Program-made: the position numbers and the translations under genes
Part shown: in pieces, positions 8,004-11,249 of the stretch
Position numbering within the stretch: the first letter of the stretch is position 1
Layout of the letters: every line of letters starts with the position of its first letter
Notes under the pieces: generated by a model
The model's database searches: none
The model's input: the letters and a program-made list of their open reading frames with translations, nothing else
What the model was told of the DNA's origin: nothing
DNA from: a bacterium
GTDB lineage: Bacteria; Zhuqueibacterota; Zhuqueibacteria; Oceanimicrobiales; Oceanimicrobiaceae
DNA length: 11,249 nucleotides
Direction of reading: 5' to 3'
Assembly: GCA_046757025.1 (NCBI GenBank)
Contig: JBHHXN010000167.1
Span: 1 to 11,249, forward strand

Positions 8004-8153
8004 TGATGGGTGTTGTAAGTTGACTAAAAACAGACATGCATTACTGAATTTACTTCGGGACTCAGCATGAAGTTGTGTGTAAATTGGGACTTTTTGGACT
8101 GCTCCGACACCTGAATAGTTATTTTTAAATAGATTAAACTAATTATTTTATCT

Positions 8154-9782
8154 ATGAAAAATTATTGGAAAAGCGGTGAACCGTTTGTTTGGCTGACCGG
8201 CGGCGCGTTGGCGCTAAACGTGCTGATGATAATGGGTCTGATTCTGCTGATTTTGGTGAACGGTCTTGGGCAATTCTGGCCAGAGGATTTAATCGAGCTG
8301 CATTTGAAAAATGGGCAGAAAGTCCTCGGAGAAATCTGGGACCGGGAACGGGCGCCGCAGTCCGAAGAATCTTCATTCGACGAAGTCCACCATCGTTTGC
8401 GGTTGAAAATCGGTAACCGCGATATGTATGGTCTGGATTTCAAGTGGATCGATGAAGCAAACATCCACGGACGCTTACAGCCGGTGGGCGCCATTGCGGT
8501 GGAAAGAATGGAATGGGGCAACTTTTACGGTTACTTCGAGTCGCTGCAGGTGGATGGGCAAATCATTGCCACCGACTTAAATGCCGGCTGGCCGCAGTTA
8601 ATGCAGCGTCTTTCTGAGGCGCACGCGCTGCGGGAAAAAATCGTCCATCTGGAAAAAAATGAAATTGGCGATATCAACTACGACCTGGAAAGTCTGCGTT
8701 TGAAGATACGCAAACGGAATACGCGCTACGATACCACCGGCGTGCGCGCGCAAGTGGCTGCTATCCATGATGAGATAGAGTCGTTAAAAGCTTTGTATCA
8801 TGAAAGAGAAACCGAGCTCAACGCCTTGTATGAACTCGCTGGTAAATCCGTTTTAAAATTGCGGACGGTGGAGGGATTGGAAAGCGAGATCAAATTGCTG
8901 GATGTGGTGAGAATTTACCGCCCCAACAAAATGGGGCTTCTGAGTAAGTCGGCGGCTTACCTGAGCAAAACCTGGGAATTTGTAAGCGGCGAACCGCGTG
9001 AATCGAATACCGAAGGCGGCATTTTTCCGGCGATCTTTGGCACGGTGATGCTGGTGATCATCATGAGCATTGCAGTGGTGCCCCTGGGAGTGCTGGCGGC
9101 GATTTATTTGCGTGAATACGCCAAACAGGGGTGGTGGGTGCGGGCCATCCGCATCGCAGTCAACAACCTTGCCGGCGTGCCTTCCATCGTGTACGGGGTG
9201 TTTGGACTGGGATTTTTCATCTATGCTATCGGCGGTACCATCGATCATCTCTTTTATTCCGAAGCGTTGCCCACACCTACTTTTGGCACCGGCGGCATTT
9301 TGTGGGCTTCGTTAACTCTGGCACTGATGACGGTGCCGGTGGTGATCGTGGCCACCGAAGAAGGTCTGGCTGCGGTGCCGCGGGAGATTCGAGAAGGTTC
9401 GATGGCGCTGGCCGCCACCAAATTCGAAACGCTGTGGCGGATTGTGATTCCCAGCGCCATGCCCGGCATTCTCACCGGCCTGATTCTGGCGATTGCCCGG
9501 GCCGCGGGCGAAGTGGCTCCCCTGATGATCACTGGCGTTGTGAAGTTGGCGCCTTCGCTGCCGCTGGACGGCCATTTCCCGTTCATCCATCTGGAGCGAA
9601 AATTTATGCATCTGGGATTCCACATTTACGACGTCGGCTTTCAGTCGCCAAATGTGGAAGCCGCCATCCCCATGGTGTATTCCACAACATTGCTGTTGCT
9701 GCTCATCGTAATTTTACTCAATGTGGTAGCGATTTATGTGCGAAATCGACTGCGCCGAAAATTAACACACGCGGTTTTTTAG
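8154..9782 (+). CDS. pstA: Phosphate ABC transporter permease PstA, long form with an extracytoplasmic helical insertion
   Basis: 542 aa. Motifs PRESNTEGGIFPAIFGT, AAIYLREYA, NNLAGVPSIVYGVFGLGFF, TEEGLAAVP...EGSMALAATKFET, ARAAGEVAPL. Confidence 0.95.
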   Translation: MKNYWKSGEPFVWLTGGALALNVLMIMGLILLILVNGLGQFWPEDLIELHLKNGQKVLGEIWDRERAPQSEESSFDEVHHRLRLKIGNRDMYGLDFKWIDEANIHGRLQPVGAIAVERMEWGNFYGYFESLQVDGQIIATDLNAGWPQLMQRLSEAHALREKIVHLEKNEIGDINYDLESLRLKIRKRNTRYDTTGVRAQVAAIHDEIESLKALYHERETELNALYELAGKSVLKLRTVEGLESEIKLLDVVRIYRPNKMGLLSKSAAYLSKTWEFVSGEPRESNTEGGIFPAIFGTVMLVIIMSIAVVPLGVLAAIYLREYAKQGWWVRAIRIAVNNLAGVPSIVYGVFGLGFFIYAIGGTIDHLFYSEALPTPTFGTGGILWASLTLALMTVPVVIVATEEGLAAVPREIREGSMALAATKFETLWRIVIPSAMPGILTGLILAIARAAGEVAPLMITGVVKLAPSLPLDGHFPFIHLERKFMHLGFHIYDVGFQSPNVEAAIPMVYSTTLLLLLIVILLNVVAIYVRNRLRRKLTHAVF

Positions 9783-9869
9783 TGGACAGCTAAAATCAGT
9801 TGCAGCGCTATTTTTAAATCGTAAATTATGCTTAGAAATTGTCTTGAAATTGATGGAGAGAAATTGAAA

Positions 9870-10727
9870 ATGAATGAAGCGGTCGCGAAATTATCAAACA
9901 GCTCCAGGGCCACACGGGCTCGTGAGCTAGCACTGAATACCAGCCAAAAATCAAAACCGCTGCGTACTTTTGTGTATCCAGCCGTGAGAGTGGAAGATTT
10001 GTTTTTCAGTTACGGCGAGGGCTGGGCCTTAAAGGAGATCAATCTGGAAATTCCCCGACGACAAGTAACGGCCTTCATCGGGCCCTCCGGCTGCGGCAAA
10101 AGTACGCTGCTACGGACTTTCAATCGATTGAATGATTTGATTGACCGGGCGAGAATAGAGGGCAAAATATTCATCGACGGCCAGGATATCTACGACCCTG
10201 GCGTGGACGTAACCGATCTGCGCAAACGCGTGGGCATGGTATTTCAGAAGTCGAACCCATTCCCCAAATCCATCTACGAAAACGTCGCTTACGGTCCGCG
10301 CATTCTGGGGATCAAGAAAAAAGCGGCGCTGGATGACATTGTGGAGAAAAGCCTGAAAAGCGCGGCCCTCTGGGACGAAGTGCACGATCGGCTCAGCGAA
10401 AGCGCCCTGAGCTTGTCTGGCGGTCAGCAGCAACGCTTGTGCATTGCACGCACCATCGCGGTGGAGCCGGAAATCGTGCTGATGGACGAGCCGTGCTCGG
10501 CGCTGGACCCCATCGCCACCGCCAAAATCGAAGAGCTGATTCTAAAGTTAAAAACCAATTACACCATCGTCATCGTGACGCACAACATGCAGCAGGCTGC
10601 GCGCATTTCGGATTTCACCGCTTATCTGTGGCTGGGGCAGCTCATCGAGTTTGACGTCACCGACAAAATTTTCACCAACCCCAGTGAAAAATTGACCGAA
10701 GATTACATCACCGGTCGTTTTGGATAA
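9870..10727 (+). CDS. pstB: Phosphate ABC transporter ATP-binding protein PstB
   Basis: Walker [21 protein letters not shown], signature LSGGQQQR, Walker [17 protein letters not shown], and C-terminal DYITGRFG. Start 9870 is preferred because of GGAG at 9855-9858; the ORF is open from 9828. Confidence 0.97.
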   Translation: MNEAVAKLSNSSRATRARELALNTSQKSKPLRTFVYPAVRVEDLFFSYGEGWALKEINLEIPRRQVTAFIGPSGCGKSTLLRTFNRLNDLIDRARIEGKIFIDGQDIYDPGVDVTDLRKRVGMVFQKSNPFPKSIYENVAYGPRILGIKKKAALDDIVEKSLKSAALWDEVHDRLSESALSLSGGQQQRLCIARTIAVEPEIVLMDEPCSALDPIATAKIEELILKLKTNYTIVIVTHNMQQAARISDFTAYLWLGQLIEFDVTDKIFTNPSEKLTEDYITGRFG

Positions 10728-10826
10728 TGCGGTTGATTGCGAGAATCGTTCATTGTGAGCTACTTTCAAGGTTTGCTGGGGCCAGTACCAAAAAGAAAAA
10801 GCCCGTCCAGCGTAAATAAAATTTGC

Positions 10827-11071
10827 GTTACTATTCAGGTATCACTCATGCGAATGTTGGCGTCTCCCGATTCAAAGAACATAAGCCCGAGAAGAATTCT
10901 CATGCGTCAAGCAAGTAAAGACATGTCCAGGTAGAGGAATTATGCAACCCCAAAATGCGTACAAACCGTGCAAGCTTCAGGACACAAAATCGATAGCGCT
11001 CAAAAACTTTTATGGCTTTCAGTTTTGTGTCCAAATTTACTTGTCTGTTTGAGGTGAAGCTTTGCTAATAG
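10827..11071 (+). mobile_element. Strongly degenerate, oppositely oriented relative of the 7535-8122 element
   Basis: Collinear blocks shared with the minus strand of 7535-8122: ACTATTCAGGT[A/G]TC; CTCCC-N23-AAGAATTC; CAAGTAAA-N6-TCCAGGTAGAG[G/T]AATTATG (last block 18/19, 10926-10944 vs 7708-7690). A probable right end is CTTTGCT-AATAG (11060-11071). The right boundary is uncertain and no direct repeat is seen. Confidence 0.62.
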
Positions 11072-11200
11072 AGCGATTCTTAATTATGGTTGAAATCCCG
11101 TTTTTTGTGCGGAAGCATCCTTTAGTCTAGTCTCAAAGGAAAATCTGGACTCTTGGTAATGAAAAAAATGATAATATGGAACAGGACACAAGTTTAAATA

Positions 11201-11249
11201 GTGATTGACCGAAAAGTCCATATTTCTTCACCCTGAGCCCTTCGACAAG
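11201..11249 (+). mobile_element. Left end of a second member of the 7770-8105 element family with the start of a REP-like repeat (truncated by window edge)
   Basis: GTGATTGACCGAAAAGTCCATATTTCTTCACCCTGAG (11201-11237) aligns to 7770-7805 at 28/37 positions. It continues into CCCTTCGACAAG, typical of CTGAG...CTTCGAC-type palindromic repeats. Confidence 0.6.

Larger units (their letters stand above)
7770..8105. mobile_element. 336-bp non-autonomous TIR element (middle layer; ends reminiscent of IS1182/IS5-type TIRs)
   Basis: GGGGCTGTCCAAAAAGTC (7770-7787) vs GACTTTTTGGACTGCTCC (8088-8105) is a 16/18 inverted match. An inner degenerate pair TTCACTCTGAG (7795-7805) / CTCAGCATGAA (8061-8071) is present. 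A related end starts at 11201. The family assignment is from recollection only. Confidence 0.72.
7535..8122. mobile_element. 588-bp non-autonomous TIR element (MITE-like, outer layer) between pstC and pstA
   Basis: Ends GTAGCTATTCAG (7535-7546) and CTGAATAGTTAT (8111-8122) form a 10/12 inverted match. An 8-bp direct repeat TTTTAAAT flanks it (7527-7534 and 8123-8130). Removal leaves a 53-nt pstC-pstA gap. No transposase is present. Confidence 0.7.

Noticed and set aside
10775..10811. Possible pstB terminator (GCTGG...CCAGC)
   Set aside because: The stem is short and interrupted, the loop is long, and there is no U-tract.
10820..10918. Frame reading NLRYYSGITH...RFKEHK, superficially GIY-YIG-like
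   Set aside because: It has no start codon and is bounded by stops. The DNA is better explained as the TIR plus decayed hairpin upstream of the ATG at 10942.
10737..10934. 65-aa ORF after pstB
   Set aside because: It is not PhoU-like and overlaps the degenerate mobile-element copy.

Overview
Bacterial window, probably from an FCB-group lineage such as Calditrichota/KSB1/Ignavibacteria (inferred only from the style of one C-terminal sorting domain). On the minus strand is a secreted M23 metallopeptidase with three SLH-like repeats and a T9SS-type C-terminal domain. Divergent from it is a phosphate-uptake cluster: OprO/P-like porin, pstS, long-form pstC, long-form pstA and pstB, with no phoU visible. 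Two Pho-box-like promoters of identical architecture precede the porin and pstS. The most unusual part is the 649-nt pstC-pstA gap, which holds a nest of non-autonomous elements. The outer layer is a 588-bp element with terminal inverted repeats (TIRs) and an 8-bp direct repeat; it carries a GTC-tagged REP-like hairpin and an internally deleted GIY-YIG nuclease remnant. Its second hairpin appears precisely replaced by a 336-bp TIR element, which is itself interrupted by a TA-flanked element carrying a REP-like doublet. Degenerate relatives of the outer and middle elements occur downstream of pstB.
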